Assembly (NCBI GenBank): GCA_027350645.1 | Contig: DAIEKJ010000002.1 | Coordinates: 1-38,123 of the forward strand | Reading direction: 5' to 3' | Source of the DNA: Candidatus Wolfebacteria bacterium | GTDB taxonomy: Bacteria; Patescibacteriota; Minisyncoccia; UBA6257; JAGOQP01 | Length of the DNA stretch: 38,123 bases | Shown: piece after piece, positions 1 to 8,987 of the stretch | Position numbering within the stretch: the stretch's first letter is position 1 | How the letters are laid out: the number at the start of each line of letters is the position of its first letter | The notes under the pieces: model-generated | What the model saw: only the letters and a program-made list of their open reading frames with translations | Databases searched by the model: none | What the model was told of the DNA's origin: nothing | Made by a program: the position numbers and the translations under genes

Positions 1-207
1 CGGATTGGTACCGACATACGCATACACATCCCAGTCATGATCAAAAAGTGAATACCAGGCGGCGCTGATAACTAACGCCCCAGCGACCAATAAAATTCCC
101 GAAAGAATCCATGTCCCCGCGTCGCGAAGCGCAAAAAACCACCGCGGCCGAGGGGCGATGCGTTGCTTCTCTATTTTCTTAACGACGTCTTTTGAAAAAG
201 TATCCAT
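1..207 (-). CDS. Putative anti-sigma-like membrane protein (runs off the left window edge)
   Basis: Not in ORF track. ATG at 207, 4 nt after the sigma stop, open to base 1: MDTFSKDVVKKIEKQRIAPRPRWFFALRDAGTWILSGILLVAGALVISAAWYSLF. Shares the RPRWxFxLR motif plus TM helix with 35954..36649. Confidence 0.75.
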   Translation of the reverse strand, partial: MDTFSKDVVKKIEKQRIAPRPRWFFALRDAGTWILSGILLVAGALVISAAWYSLFDHDWDVYAYVGTNP

Positions 208-211
208 AGCG

Positions 212-820
212 CTATACATCGCCGCTTAATTGGTGCTGCTCGGCTTTTTGCCGAAATTGTTTTTTTGCCCGATACAGCAGGGTTGCCACCGTTCCCATCG
301 GCTTGCGGAGAATATCCGATATCTCGCGATAATCTTTCTGCTCGACAAACCGCAGAACCAGAATGGTGCGATAAAGCGGATCGAGCTCGTCTAGAATCCG
401 CTGCGCCTGCTCCGACTGCAGTCGCCGGCCAACCTCTTCCTCCACATCATCGTCGGCGGCGATTGCCTCGACAACACCCGCGTCAAGTTCCTCGTCCTGC
501 GCCGCATCCGAAGAAGGGGCGAACCGAACAATGTGCTTGCGTTTGCGGATGAGCGTAATGGCTTCGTTGTGAGCGATCCGGTAAATCCACGACGAGAACA
601 GCAGATTACCGTCAAAATCGTTCAGATTTTGATACGCCTTTATAAAAACGTCCTGAAGCACGTCCTTGACATCATCATCCGAAAGCGGAACAACGCGCCG
701 GATGTAGCGCGCAAGCTTGGCTTCGTAACGTTCGACAAGCGCTCCGTACCTATCCGGATGCGCAAGCGTCTCCCGTACAAGCTCTTCGTCTGTCGTCGTG
801 CGTTGATGAATAACGGTCAT
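212..820 (-). CDS. ECF (group 4) RNA polymerase sigma factor
   Basis: Sigma2 (DVLQDVFIKAY...FSSWIYRIAHN) and sigma4 (YREISDILRKPMGTVATLLYRAK) only. Start placed at ATG 820 (MTVIHQ). Confidence 0.93.
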   Translation of the reverse strand: MTVIHQRTTTDEELVRETLAHPDRYGALVERYEAKLARYIRRVVPLSDDDVKDVLQDVFIKAYQNLNDFDGNLLFSSWIYRIAHNEAITLIRKRKHIVRFAPSSDAAQDEELDAGVVEAIAADDDVEEEVGRRLQSEQAQRILDELDPLYRTILVLRFVEQKDYREISDILRKPMGTVATLLYRAKKQFRQKAEQHQLSGDV

Positions 821-952
821 GCCCGTGTATAAAAAGATTTTCCGAGAAACGCATCCGCGCGCGGCAACAAACTTCGGCATCACATCCGAAGGATAGCCCG
901 CTATCCATGGTACGCCCCGCCCGCGCGATTTCTTCCCCGATCTAAAAAAATG

Positions 953-1255
953 TCAACGGAGCATCATCACCAAAAGCACGGCCGCCCCAAGCTCCATGTG
1001 CGGCGGCTGGCTCCGCCCGATTTTTTTGGCATTCCAATCATAGACGGCGCCAGAAGGATCAACATACCCGGCATGGTGGCCGTCGCCGTCGTATATTTTC
1101 CCATCCGTATCCACCCACCCGGCCAGATTGTTTTCGGTATCAAAAATTTTCTTGTCATCAACATAACCGATTTTCCCGCCTTTGGCATCCCACACGACAC
1201 GGTCATCGTCGACCATTCCCATGCGCTGATCCGTACTGTCGTATATGTTTCCCAT
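953..1255 (-). CDS. Five-repeat beta-hairpin protein with C-terminal hydrophobic helix (beta-flower-like)
   Basis: Five ~16-17-aa repeats (I/V)(Y/W/F)DxxxxxxGxVD, then MELGAAVLLVMMLR. Extended -10 TGGTATACT at 1299-1291. Confidence 0.75.
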   Translation of the reverse strand: MGNIYDSTDQRMGMVDDDRVVWDAKGGKIGYVDDKKIFDTENNLAGWVDTDGKIYDGDGHHAGYVDPSGAVYDWNAKKIGRSQPPHMELGAAVLLVMMLR

Positions 1256-1345
1256 AAGAAAGAAGGTTACTTATATTTATTATGTATATGAGTATACCAC
1301 ACATTGCCCGCGAATGTTTCGCCGCCACGCAACTGTTTTTTCTGC

Positions 1346-1375
1346 ACAAAAAATCCGCCGTACCGGCGGATTTTT
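1346..1375 (-). terminator. Intrinsic terminator (potentially bidirectional)
   Basis: AAAAATCCGCCG-tac-CGGCGGATTTTT inverted repeat with T tracts on both strands. Confidence 0.8.
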
Positions 1376-1462
1376 CATATACAGGCGAAAAAGATTCGGT
1401 TGGGTATTGCGTGGCCTCACACCACGCACCGCCCCGATCACCTTCGTCCGTCTGTTTTCACG
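1346..1462 (-). ncRNA. Putative ~115-nt structured small RNA of unknown family
   Basis: Extended -10 TGTTATACT (1477-1469), then a rod-like hairpin 1455-1381 whose G-U pairs work only on the minus strand, then a terminator. No credible ORF. Confidence 0.55.
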
Positions 1463-1536
1463 AAAGTCAGTATAACACACCTCCCCACACAAAGAAAGAA
1501 TCCGTGTGGAAAACTCGTGCACAACCGGATGACGCG

Positions 1537-2103
1537 CTACAACCCCAGATCCGTCCGATAATCACGCATGGCGTCAATGACATGAGCTATATGCTCCTCC
1601 AACGGAATTGCCAACGCGGCGGCTCCCTGGATTATTTCATCGCGGTTCACATTGGCGGCAAATCGCTTTTCCGCAAGACGCCTGGTTACCGATGCAACGT
1701 CGACTGCGGATAAATTTTTCTCCGGCTTAATAAGCGCCACCGCGACAATAAACCCGGCAAGCTCATCAACGGCAAAAAGCGTTTTTGCCATCAATGTCTG
1801 GCGCGGCTGGCCAGTGTGCGATGCGTGCGCCAAAATCGCCTGGCACGATTCTTCATCAAGTCCGCGCGTTTTTAAAAACGCCACCGCGACGTAGGGATGT
1901 CCCTGGGCGGAAAGGTTGGGATATTTTTCCCAATCAAGATCGTGCACAATGCCCGCTACTTCCCACCGATCCTGGGTGGACTCGTCCTGCCCAAAAAACA
2001 CCGCATACCAACGCATGGCCGCCCCCACCGCCCGCATATGCTTTTTTAAATTGGGGTTTACCACCCACTCGTCAAGTATATTTTTGGCTTCCGATGGTGT
2101 CAT
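1537..2103 (-). CDS. HD-superfamily (HDIG-type) hydrolase
   Basis: H..HD..D pattern: KKHMRAV, GIVHDLDWE, ILAH, FAVDEL. Confidence 0.88.
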   Translation of the reverse strand: MTPSEAKNILDEWVVNPNLKKHMRAVGAAMRWYAVFFGQDESTQDRWEVAGIVHDLDWEKYPNLSAQGHPYVAVAFLKTRGLDEESCQAILAHASHTGQPRQTLMAKTLFAVDELAGFIVAVALIKPEKNLSAVDVASVTRRLAEKRFAANVNRDEIIQGAAALAIPLEEHIAHVIDAMRDYRTDLGL

Positions 2104-2126
2104 ACATGAGTTGATTGCGCATACGA

Positions 2127-3428
2127 CTACTCTTGGCGGGAAATGGCGGCGCCCAGCGCTCGCAAACGCTCATCGAGATTTTCATAACCGCGGTCAATTT
2201 CTTCAACGCCTTCAATAACCGATGTTCCGTTGGCCAGTAGCGCGGCAATGACATGAGCCATGCCCGATCGCAAATCCCGCACGCGCATGGTAGCCCCCCG
2301 CAACGGCGTGGGACCGTGGATGACAGCGCTATGTTTGAAATCCATCCCGTGAAACCGGCACGGCAACTCCCCCAGGCACTTGGACGATGTCGTCATCTGA
2401 GCCCCCATGGCATTAAGATCGTTGGCATAGCCGAAACGATCCTCATAAATCGTCTCGTGAACAACCGAATCCCCCCGCGCCTGCGTGAGCAGGACAGAAA
2501 TGGGCTGCTGCCAATCGGTCATAAAACCCGGGTGCGCTTCGGTCTCCACCTCAACCGCCTTGAGCGCCGTTGCACCGGAAAAAATAATCCCGTCATCCTC
2601 GACGTCATACTGGCCGCCGATTTTTCGGATAGTGTTCAGAAAAGTCATTAAATGGCCCTGGACTGCCCCCTTGACGCGGACCGGCCCGCCCGCGGCAACT
2701 CCCAACACCCCAAACGAAACCGCCTCGTTGCGATCCGGAAGAATGTGATGCCGAGCTCCATGCAGTGACGGCACGCCCTCAATACGAATAGTGCGCCCAG
2801 ATCCAAAACCAATAATCGCCCCCATTTTCTGCAGAAGTTTTATCAGATCAACCACTTCCGGCTCCAGCGCGGCATTGGTAATCGTCGTTACTCCGCGCGC
2901 CAGGACGCCGGCCAGCAGGGCATTCTCCGTCGCTCCGACGCTGGGAAATTTAAAATCGATGCGCGCGCCAAAGAGCCCGCGAGGCGCGGACGCCTCATAC
3001 CGATCGGCGCGCTCCTCGATCTGGGCGCCCAGCGCCCGCAAAGCGTTGAGATGCAAATCAACCGGACGCGGACCGATTTTGTCTCCGCCCACCATGGGAA
3101 CAATCGCCTCTCCCGCGCGGGCCAGCAATGGACCCAATGCAAGAATAGGAATGCGGTTGCGACGGGTAAGATGAAGAGCTTCCACGTTGGTAATCGACGG
3201 CGTCACCACGCGGGCGCGGCCGGCGGCCCGATCGTACGACACCTGAGCCCCGAAAGTCTTGCACAATTCGGCGGTAATATCCGTATCGCCGATAAACGGG
3301 AAGTTTTCCAAATCAACCGGCTCGGACGAAAGGAGCGCGGCGACCATCATTTTGGTCGCGGCATTTTTTGCTCCGCGGACAACAACGGTGCCCGCCAACG
3401 GTTTTCCTCCGGTAATGATAAATTTCAT
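2127..3428 (-). CDS. murA: UDP-N-acetylglucosamine 1-carboxyvinyltransferase, Asp-type active site
   Basis: GAKNA, GGDKIGPRPVDLH, SVGATEN, PDRNEA, HPGFMTDWQ, DLRSG, IDRGYE. Start at ATG 3428 (MKFIITGG). Confidence 0.96.
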   Translation of the reverse strand: MKFIITGGKPLAGTVVVRGAKNAATKMMVAALLSSEPVDLENFPFIGDTDITAELCKTFGAQVSYDRAAGRARVVTPSITNVEALHLTRRNRIPILALGPLLARAGEAIVPMVGGDKIGPRPVDLHLNALRALGAQIEERADRYEASAPRGLFGARIDFKFPSVGATENALLAGVLARGVTTITNAALEPEVVDLIKLLQKMGAIIGFGSGRTIRIEGVPSLHGARHHILPDRNEAVSFGVLGVAAGGPVRVKGAVQGHLMTFLNTIRKIGGQYDVEDDGIIFSGATALKAVEVETEAHPGFMTDWQQPISVLLTQARGDSVVHETIYEDRFGYANDLNAMGAQMTTSSKCLGELPCRFHGMDFKHSAVIHGPTPLRGATMRVRDLRSGMAHVIAALLANGTSVIEGVEEIDRGYENLDERLRALGAAISRQE

Positions 3429-3431
3429 ACG

Positions 3432-3498
3432 TTGCCAACAAGACCGCGAACGGCTATGCTGTAGAGTAAGTATAGCCCCCACAGACGCGCGGGCGCAA
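3432..3498. promoter_or_regulatory. Overlapping divergent sigma70 promoters (murA / PEGA gene)
   Basis: Plus: TTGCCA(3432-37)-N17-TATGCT(3455-60). Minus: TTGCGC-N18-TATACT(3474-69). Confidence 0.5.
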
Positions 3499-3500
3499 CC

Positions 3501-4793
3501 ATGACCCACTCTTTTCGTACAAAACTCTTTATTCTTTTTGTTGGGATTTTTTGCGTCATCGGCGGGGGCCTTTTGCTTTACACGCAAGGATACCGGATAG
3601 ACCTTGCCACCTGGCGAATTCAAAAAACCGGAGCCCTTTATATAGAAACATCAGTCCGTCCCGTATCCATAGAACTCAATGATCAATCATACGCGGACAA
3701 ATCGAGTTTTATCCAGCGGGGAACTTTTATCCAAACCGTTCTACCAAAACGCTACCGGCTCGTCATTAAAAAAGACGGCTACGCCCCGTATGAAAAAAAT
3801 ATCGCCATCGTTCCCGGACAGGTAACCCGCCTCCTGCATGTCCTGATGGTTCCGCTGCAAATCGCGACCACCACCTATTCCCAGATCCCCGGGAACACCA
3901 TCATCGACAGCGCCAACGGCGCCGAACTGCTCACCTACGATACGGCAAAAAAGAATTACTACGATGTCTCTCTGGGCGCGGCGGCAAAAAGCGTCAACCT
4001 TTCGCTCAGAATGGCAGCGGTGACGCGACGACCGATTATTTCAATGGCATTTTATCCGCAGGAAAGCAACCGCTTTATCGTGCAAACACAAACAGGATTG
4101 TCGGCCATTGATCTAAACGCGAACGCGCAAACGCCGATACTTCAATCCTCTTCCCTGATCTGGTGGGGCGTGCGCAACAATAATGTCTACGCGCTGACGA
4201 CGACCACGACACCGGCCAGCGGCACCAGCACGCCCGCGTCAAGTGCAACCATCGTCTCCGTTTTTGATCTCTCTCTGGCAAAAATAGCTCAGACCTACAC
4301 CCTTGCGCTTCCCGCTTCATCAACTGTTGCCAAAGCCGATTTTTCTTCATCCCGCGCCGCGCTGATTCTTACAGACGGATCGCTCCTCGTGTATTCTCTC
4401 AACAATACCACGTATACCCGCATCGCCGACACGGTCAAGACCGCGCTGTTTTCGCCCGACGGCAACCGCTTGCTCTACCAGGACCAGGACGGAAAAATAT
4501 TTGCGTACCTATTCAACGACGACATTGTCGCGCTTAATACTCCAGCCAACACCGCCCTGCGTCTCAGTATCCTGGAAACGGCGCGCGTCTCAAAACTGTG
4601 GTGGGCATTTGACCAATACCATATCCTCTGCGTCTACCCGGACAAAATCACCGTCGCCGAAATAACTCAGAGCGAACCCAACGAACAATTCGCCCTTGCG
4701 CCAAATCCGGGCGGTTCGTGGTATGATGGCGGCAGCCAAACCCTCTTTACGATAGCCAGCAGCACGCTGACCGCATACAACCTAAACTTCTAG
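3501..4793 (+). CDS. Membrane-anchored PEGA-domain / beta-propeller-like surface protein
   Basis: N-terminal TM, GYRID..TGALYIETS..YRLVIKKDGYAPYEKNI (PEGA-like), then beta-rich repeats including FSPDGNRLLY. Confidence 0.8.
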   Translation: MTHSFRTKLFILFVGIFCVIGGGLLLYTQGYRIDLATWRIQKTGALYIETSVRPVSIELNDQSYADKSSFIQRGTFIQTVLPKRYRLVIKKDGYAPYEKNIAIVPGQVTRLLHVLMVPLQIATTTYSQIPGNTIIDSANGAELLTYDTAKKNYYDVSLGAAAKSVNLSLRMAAVTRRPIISMAFYPQESNRFIVQTQTGLSAIDLNANAQTPILQSSSLIWWGVRNNNVYALTTTTTPASGTSTPASSATIVSVFDLSLAKIAQTYTLALPASSTVAKADFSSSRAALILTDGSLLVYSLNNTTYTRIADTVKTALFSPDGNRLLYQDQDGKIFAYLFNDDIVALNTPANTALRLSILETARVSKLWWAFDQYHILCVYPDKITVAEITQSEPNEQFALAPNPGGSWYDGGSQTLFTIASSTLTAYNLNF

Positions 4794-4813
4794 CATAGCA
4801 AAACGCGCCCAAC

Positions 4814-4838
4814 AAAAGCCCCGCAGTGCGGGGCTTTT
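4814..4838. terminator. Bidirectional intrinsic terminator
   Basis: AAAAGCCCCGCA-g-TGCGGGGCTTTT between the convergent PEGA gene and rpsI. Confidence 0.88.
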
Positions 4839-4852
4839 ATGTGATAATTCGT

Positions 4853-5308
4853 TTAGCGCTTTGACCATTGCGGCGCGCGGCGAGCCTTTTTCAATCCGTA
4901 CTTCTTACGCTCTACCATGCGAGCGTCGCGAGTGACGAATCCAAAGACGCGCAGTTTCTTTTTCAATTCCTCGTTCCGTTTGATGAGCGCGCGGGCAATG
5001 CCCAAACGGATTGCCTCCGCTTGCGCCGCCAATCCTCCGCCGGAAACATGCGCGCTGACCGCCACATGCTCAACCATATCGGTTTTTTCCAACGGCGAGG
5101 CAACGATACGATGATGTTCCTGAACCGTAAAATACTTCGCGTACGCTGTTTCGTTAACGGTAATATCCGGCTGGCCGGCTTTCCCGCCCTGGCGCGCAGT
5201 CAAGCGCACGCGGGCAACCGCCGTCTTCCGGCGACCAACGCCTTCGTCGTACGCGCCCTTGGCATGAGCGGCAACCGATGTTTTTCGTATTGTGTGTTGC
5301 TGATCCAT
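4853..5308 (-). CDS. rpsI: 30S ribosomal protein S9
   Basis: GRRKTAVARV, GGGLAAQAEAIRLGIARAL, ERKKYGLKKARRAPQWSKR. Start ATG 5308. Confidence 0.97.
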   Translation of the reverse strand: MDQQHTIRKTSVAAHAKGAYDEGVGRRKTAVARVRLTARQGGKAGQPDITVNETAYAKYFTVQEHHRIVASPLEKTDMVEHVAVSAHVSGGGLAAQAEAIRLGIARALIKRNEELKKKLRVFGFVTRDARMVERKKYGLKKARRAPQWSKR

Positions 5309-5309
5309 A

Positions 5310-5663
5310 TTACTTCTCGTCATCAATGATAAGCCGCTTCATGCGGATTTTTTGCAGCCGGTTTTTCGGAAGCATGTGTTCGACGGCGCGCCGTAAAACA
5401 TATGCCATACCATGCTTGGCAACCACGTCCTTAAATTTTCTCTCTTTGAGGTGTCCAATCTGCGTCGTGTGGGAGTAGTACACTTTCTGTTCGGCCTTGC
5501 TCCCCGTCACCTCCAATGACGCGACATTCTTAATCACGACCGTATCGTCGCCGGCAATGCGCGGATTGTAGGACGGATTCTTTTTCCCCTGCAAAATAAC
5601 CGCCGCTTCCGTTGCGACACGCCCCAGCCGTTTCCCCTTGCAATCAATGATATAGTCAGCCAT
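5310..5663 (-). CDS. rplM: 50S ribosomal protein L13 (short, 117 aa)
   Basis: IDCKGKRLGRVATEAAVILQGK, GDDTVVIKN, AVEHMLPKNRL. ATG 5663 lies just after a promoter. Confidence 0.96.
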   Translation of the reverse strand: MADYIIDCKGKRLGRVATEAAVILQGKKNPSYNPRIAGDDTVVIKNVASLEVTGSKAEQKVYYSHTTQIGHLKERKFKDVVAKHGMAYVLRRAVEHMLPKNRLQKIRMKRLIIDDEK

Positions 5664-5673
5664 AACGTTGTAT

Positions 5674-5702
5674 ACTCTACTGTATTGACTGTGGGCTGTC
5701 AA
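5674..5702 (-). promoter_or_regulatory. sigma70 promoter for rplM-rpsI
   Basis: TTGACA(5702-5697)-N17-TAGAGT(5679-5674), beginning immediately after the fusA TAA. Confidence 0.75.
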
Positions 5703-7844
5703 TTATTTGCGCCCCTCCACGATTTGCGCCTCAACGTTCTTGGGCACTTCCTCGTAGTGATCAAATTCCATCGTGAACGACCCGCGACCCTGCGTAATAG
5801 AACGCAATTTTGTCGCATACCCGAACATTTCCGACAATGGCACCTTGGCGTCAACCACTTTGAGCGCACCGCGATCATTCATGCCCTCAATGCGACCGCG
5901 CTTTGAATTGACATCGCCTGTCACGTCGCCGAAAAATTCCTGTGGCACCGTTACTTGCATCTTCATAATCGGCTCGAGCAAGACGGGCTTGGCGGCCTTG
6001 GCGGCCTCCTGCAATGCCAGCGATCCGGCGATTTTAAAGGCCGCTTCCGACGAGTCGACTTCATGATACGAACCATCGTACAGCGTCACCTCCACGTCAA
6101 CCATCGGATATCCGGCGACAATACCGCGGTCCAATGCTTCCTTAATGCCCTTTTCAATAGGATTAATAAACTCCTGCGGAATAACACCTCCCTTAATCTG
6201 GTTAACGAACGAAAATCCTTTCCCGCGCTCCAACGGCTTGATCTTGATCTTTGCGTGCCCGTATTGCCCGCGGCCGCCCGATTGGCGGATATATTTTCCT
6301 TCGGCGTCAGCCGATCCCATGATGGTTTCTTTATAGGAAACGCGCGGCCGCCCGATCGTCGCCTCAACCCCGAATTCACGTTTCATGCGATCAACCAGAA
6401 TCTCCAAATGCAGTTCTCCCATGCCCCAGATAATCGTCTCGCCAGTATCCGAATCACCCGTCACGCGGAAGGTCGGATCCTCATCGGCAAGACGCCGCAG
6501 AGCCATGCCCAGTTTTTCCTGGTCAACTTTCGTTTTCGGCTCAATCTTAAGATTGATAACCGGCTCGGGAAAAGTAATCTTCTCAAGAATAATAGGATTT
6601 TCCGGATCGCAGAGCGTATCACCGGTCGTGGTCGCCTTGAGACCAACAATGGCTCCCAAATCGCCCGTCGACATTTCCTCAACATCCTCGCGATGATTGG
6701 CGTGGATACGCACAATACGTCCGACGCGCTCCTGCGATCCCTTCGTCGAATTCATCACGTACGTCCCCTTCTTCATGACGCCGCTGTAAATGCGGAAGTA
6801 CGCCAAATTACCGACAAACGGATCGGTAGCAATCTTGAACGCCAGCGCCGTCAAAGGCTCTTCGTCTGAGGGCGTGCGAATAATTTCAGCGCCCGTTTTG
6901 GGATCGGTTCCTTTGATTGGTTTCGAATCAGTGATGTCCAGCGGAGATGGCAGATAGTCAATGACGCCGTCCAACATCAACTGCGTGCCTTTGTTGCGCA
7001 ACGCCGATCCGCAAAACACCGGGATCAATTCGTTGGCAATCGTCGCCGTGCGCAACGTTGCGCGCAGATCATCGACGCTGACTTCTTCTCCGGCAAGGTA
7101 GCGCTCCATAAGCGCTTCGTTTTTCTCGACGATTTTTTCAACCAGCGTCGCACGATGTTTTTCAACATCGGCAACCATGTCAGCCGGAACTTCCGCTTCG
7201 GTGATAATTTCGCCATGCTCGCCCGAAAAAAGGTATGCCTTTTTTTCCAACACATCAACCACGCCCGAAAAGTGTTCTTCCAAACCGATCGGCAGTTGCA
7301 CCGCAACAGCATGCGGGGTTAAACGCTCGATAATTGAATCAAACGATTTATCAAAGCTGGCGCCCATGCGATCCAGTTTGTTGATAAAGCAGATACGGGG
7401 CACTTTATACTTATCGGCCTGCCGCCAGACCGTTTCTGATTGCGGCTCAACGCCGGCCACGCCGTCAAACACCGTCACGCCGCCGTCAAGCACGCGCAAC
7501 GACCGCTCCACTTCAGCGGTAAAATCAACGTGCCCGGGCGTATCAATGATGTTAATGCGATGCTCGTGCGTTTCGCGGACTTTTGCCTTCGTCGCATCAT
7601 CGGCGCCGTACAAAAGACGCGCCGGCGTCCAAAAGCACGTCGTTGCCGCCGACGTAATGGTGATGCCGCGTTCGCGTTCCTGCTCCATCCAGTCCATTGT
7701 CGCCGCTCCTTCGTGCACTTCGCCGATTTTGTGAGAGATGCCGGTGTAGAAGAGAATACGTTCGGAAACCGTCGTTTTGCCCGCATCAATGTGGGCGATG
7801 ATACCGATATTGCGGTATCGTTCAAGAGGATATCGTTTAGCCAT
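5703..7844 (-). CDS. fusA: Elongation factor G
   Basis: [41 protein letters not shown]. Start ATG 7844. Confidence 0.98.
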   Translation of the reverse strand: MAKRYPLERYRNIGIIAHIDAGKTTVSERILFYTGISHKIGEVHEGAATMDWMEQERERGITITSAATTCFWTPARLLYGADDATKAKVRETHEHRINIIDTPGHVDFTAEVERSLRVLDGGVTVFDGVAGVEPQSETVWRQADKYKVPRICFINKLDRMGASFDKSFDSIIERLTPHAVAVQLPIGLEEHFSGVVDVLEKKAYLFSGEHGEIITEAEVPADMVADVEKHRATLVEKIVEKNEALMERYLAGEEVSVDDLRATLRTATIANELIPVFCGSALRNKGTQLMLDGVIDYLPSPLDITDSKPIKGTDPKTGAEIIRTPSDEEPLTALAFKIATDPFVGNLAYFRIYSGVMKKGTYVMNSTKGSQERVGRIVRIHANHREDVEEMSTGDLGAIVGLKATTTGDTLCDPENPIILEKITFPEPVINLKIEPKTKVDQEKLGMALRRLADEDPTFRVTGDSDTGETIIWGMGELHLEILVDRMKREFGVEATIGRPRVSYKETIMGSADAEGKYIRQSGGRGQYGHAKIKIKPLERGKGFSFVNQIKGGVIPQEFINPIEKGIKEALDRGIVAGYPMVDVEVTLYDGSYHEVDSSEAAFKIAGSLALQEAAKAAKPVLLEPIMKMQVTVPQEFFGDVTGDVNSKRGRIEGMNDRGALKVVDAKVPLSEMFGYATKLRSITQGRGSFTMEFDHYEEVPKNVEAQIVEGRK

Positions 7845-7865
7845 AAACAAGAATAGAGTAATGAC

Positions 7866-8333
7866 CTAGCGGGCAAAATGAGCAAAGGCGCGGTTGGCCT
7901 CGGCCATCTTGTGGACGTTCTGCTTCTTTCTGATTGCCGACCCTTCATTGTTGTACGCCGCCATCAGTTCATCGGCAAGTTTTTCGGCCATTGGCTTTCC
8001 TTTTCCGCTGCGGGCGCCATCGATGATCCAATTGCACCCCAAAAAGAACTTGCGTGCGGCGCGGACTTCCCGCGGCACCTGATAATTGGCGCCACCCACG
8101 CGCTTGGAAACCACCTCGTACACCGGCGAAGCATTTTCTAACGCGACCCCAAAAACCTCAATCGGGTTTTTCTTCATTTTCTTCTCAATAACATCCATCG
8201 CGTCGTACATGATCTGCTGGGCAATGGATTTTTTCCCCTCCTTCATCAGATAGTTGATAAAACGCGCCACGGTTGCGCTATCATACTTCATATCGGGCGC
8301 AACAGCCCGCGTATAATTTCTTTTCCGTCTCAT
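7866..8333 (-). CDS. rpsG: 30S ribosomal protein S7
   Basis: RVGGANYQVP, HKMAEANRAFAHF. Confidence 0.98.
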   Translation of the reverse strand: MRRKRNYTRAVAPDMKYDSATVARFINYLMKEGKKSIAQQIMYDAMDVIEKKMKKNPIEVFGVALENASPVYEVVSKRVGGANYQVPREVRAARKFFLGCNWIIDGARSGKGKPMAEKLADELMAAYNNEGSAIRKKQNVHKMAEANRAFAHFAR

Positions 8334-8360
8334 AGCATTAGATGATTACGAATAGAATGG

Positions 8361-8771
8361 TTACTTGCTGCGTTTGACGCCGTACTTGCTGCGCTCCTGC
8401 TTGCGGCCGTCAACCCCTCCCGCATCCAGCCGACCGCGCACAATATGATAGCGCACTCCCGGCAAATCCTTCACGCGTCCGCCGCGGATCATCACCACCG
8501 AGTGCTCTTGCAGATTGTGTCCGACACCCGGAATGTAGGCGGTCACCTCCATGCCGTTGGTCAGCCGCACGCGCGCCACTTTGCGCAACGCTGAGTTCGG
8601 TTTTTTTGGCGTTGTGGTAAACACCTTTGTGCAGACTCCCCGCTTGAACGGCGAATGAGAATAGACCGGACGATTTTTGATACTGTTAAAATAGTACCCC
8701 ATCGCCGGCGACTTTGATTTCTTGACGGTCTTTGACCGTCCCTTTTTGATGAGTTGTCGAATAGTTGGCAT
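8361..8771 (-). CDS. rpsL: 30S ribosomal protein S12
   Basis: [36 protein letters not shown]. Confidence 0.98.
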   Translation of the reverse strand: MPTIRQLIKKGRSKTVKKSKSPAMGYYFNSIKNRPVYSHSPFKRGVCTKVFTTTPKKPNSALRKVARVRLTNGMEVTAYIPGVGHNLQEHSVVMIRGGRVKDLPGVRYHIVRGRLDAGGVDGRKQERSKYGVKRSK

Positions 8772-8927
8772 AAAGACAAAATGGTCCCGCGCATATGGCG
8801 GGTTTAGTATAATGCGTACGGCAAGCGATCAGCACGCGCGCGCAAGACAATGGATGCAACTCAATCGTCCCAGGTGCGCAAACCGCCAGCCAGACACAAT
8901 AAAAAATCCTTGTTAAGGATTTGCACT

Positions 8928-8957
8928 ACGATAGCAAGAAAAGTCCGGTTTTGTCAA
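8928..8957 (-). promoter_or_regulatory. sigma70 promoter upstream of rpsL
   Basis: TTGACA(8957-52)-N18-TATCGT(8933-28) with TG extension. Confidence 0.55.
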
Positions 8958-8987
8958 CAAAAACGCCTTTCCCGATTTTTATCAAAG

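Noticed and set aside
1381..1455. SRP (4.5S) RNA identity for the rod-shaped RNA
   Set aside because: No CAGG/AGCA symmetric loop next to a GNRA-capped helix 8.
1280..1713. Several 76-143-aa ORFs over the 1.3-1.5 kb intergenic region
   Set aside because: They run through a terminator and promoters and lack protein-like features; the RNA reading fits better.
3429..3623. 65-aa N-terminal extension of MurA, and similar extensions of rplM, rpmB, macA and both sigmas in the ORF track
   Set aside because: Extensions overlap promoters or opposite genes; homology and start context point to downstream ATGs.
5955..7856. Long plus-strand ORFs antisense to fusA, and similar ones opposite aspS, macA and the ECF sigma
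   Set aside because: Shadow frames of conserved genes; Arg/His-rich translations with no recognisable motifs.
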